From Octopus sinensis (lineage: Eukaryota): a DNA stretch of 64,000 nucleotides. Of the stretch, positions 63,331-64,000 are shown piece by piece; within the stretch, counting starts at the first letter, position 1, and each line of letters begins with the position of its first letter. The notes below the pieces were generated by a model. The model made no database searches. It was not told the DNA's origin and worked only from the letters and a program-made list of their open reading frames with translations. A program made the translations under genes and the position numbers. The DNA lies in NCBI RefSeq assembly GCF_006345805.1, contig NC_042998.1:48112001-48176000 (forward strand), read 5' to 3'.

Positions 63331-64000
63331 TTGTTTACATCTAACTTGCAAAAAAGAAATCAGAATGATTGTCATCAATATAAATAGCAGTCCTCTAAAG
63401 TTCTACCTCTACATTTGGACCTAAAACTATATAATCACTACTGCCATCTACAGTTCTAGTTCTGCTAGGACTTATCTACTTCTTTCAGAGAACCTGCAGA
63501 ACTGCCAACATTCATTAAACTGTATTCTACTCCAACATATCTACAAAGAGATTTCCCCAATGCTATTTACAGCTCCATTATTAGCATCAGCTGCTTTCTA
63601 CCAGCATACCACTCCGGTTACTATAAACCTTGATACATCCCTGCATTAATACTTTTTAATCAAGCCCACTCAGCTGTAAATTTGAACTCAGAATCAGAAT
63701 AAATAGTGTATGACATTCAGTCCAATGCTCTAAAGACTGATAATTATAATTCACTACCTTAAACAGTAGACTGAATTTGTAACAATTTAACAACACCACC
63801 AAGTCTTTGGATGCCTTCATGGAGACCACATTGTTGCAAGCATTTAAGCCAGGTCTAAGGTGCAAGGTATCAACATTTCTGTTCTTTTAGCTCGACAATC
63901 TGGGAGGTTCTGCAGAAAGGTTACAGGTGCTCTGACTTCCAAATCTAAGACCTAAAAATATCTTTTAATTAATCCTTTCGTTACTGTATTTATTTTGAGA

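Noticed and set aside
63473-63650. Strong-looking splice acceptor (cttatctacttctttcag) followed by ~50 open codons
   Set aside because: No convincing donor and no recognisable peptide.
1-64000. Most ORF-track entries (poly-HT, YI, CV, LS, MYVC peptides)
   Set aside because: They are translations of microsatellites, low-complexity tracts or SINE bodies, with no domain motifs.

Overview
AT-rich, microsatellite-saturated eukaryotic genomic DNA, inferred to be octopus/coleoid cephalopod from its repeat families and molluscan-type 5S sequence. It is probably a large intron or intergenic region. I found no intact host protein-coding gene; nearly all ORF-track entries are translations of microsatellites or SINEs. 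The window contains: several tRNA-derived SINE families built from interchangeable modules; many 5'-truncated RTE LINE tails ending in (GAT)n; decayed mariner and maT/DD37D-like transposases; an R4/Dong-clade LINE fragment; an LTR-retrotransposon RNaseH-integrase fragment; a CR1-like 3' end; non-autonomous Helitrons; and piggyBac-like and hAT-like MITEs. Three things stand out. (1) A full-length 5S rRNA copy is fused to an RTE LINE tail and sits as one block inside a split SINE, giving a SINE3-like chimera. (2) There are several minimal hammerhead-ribozyme motifs of the Penelope-associated type, two of which show a compensatory base-pair change. (3) A ~480-bp repeat array flips orientation to form a ~470-bp hairpin. 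All alignments were done by eye, family names come from recollection and need database confirmation, and repeat boundaries are approximate to within about 10-20 bp.
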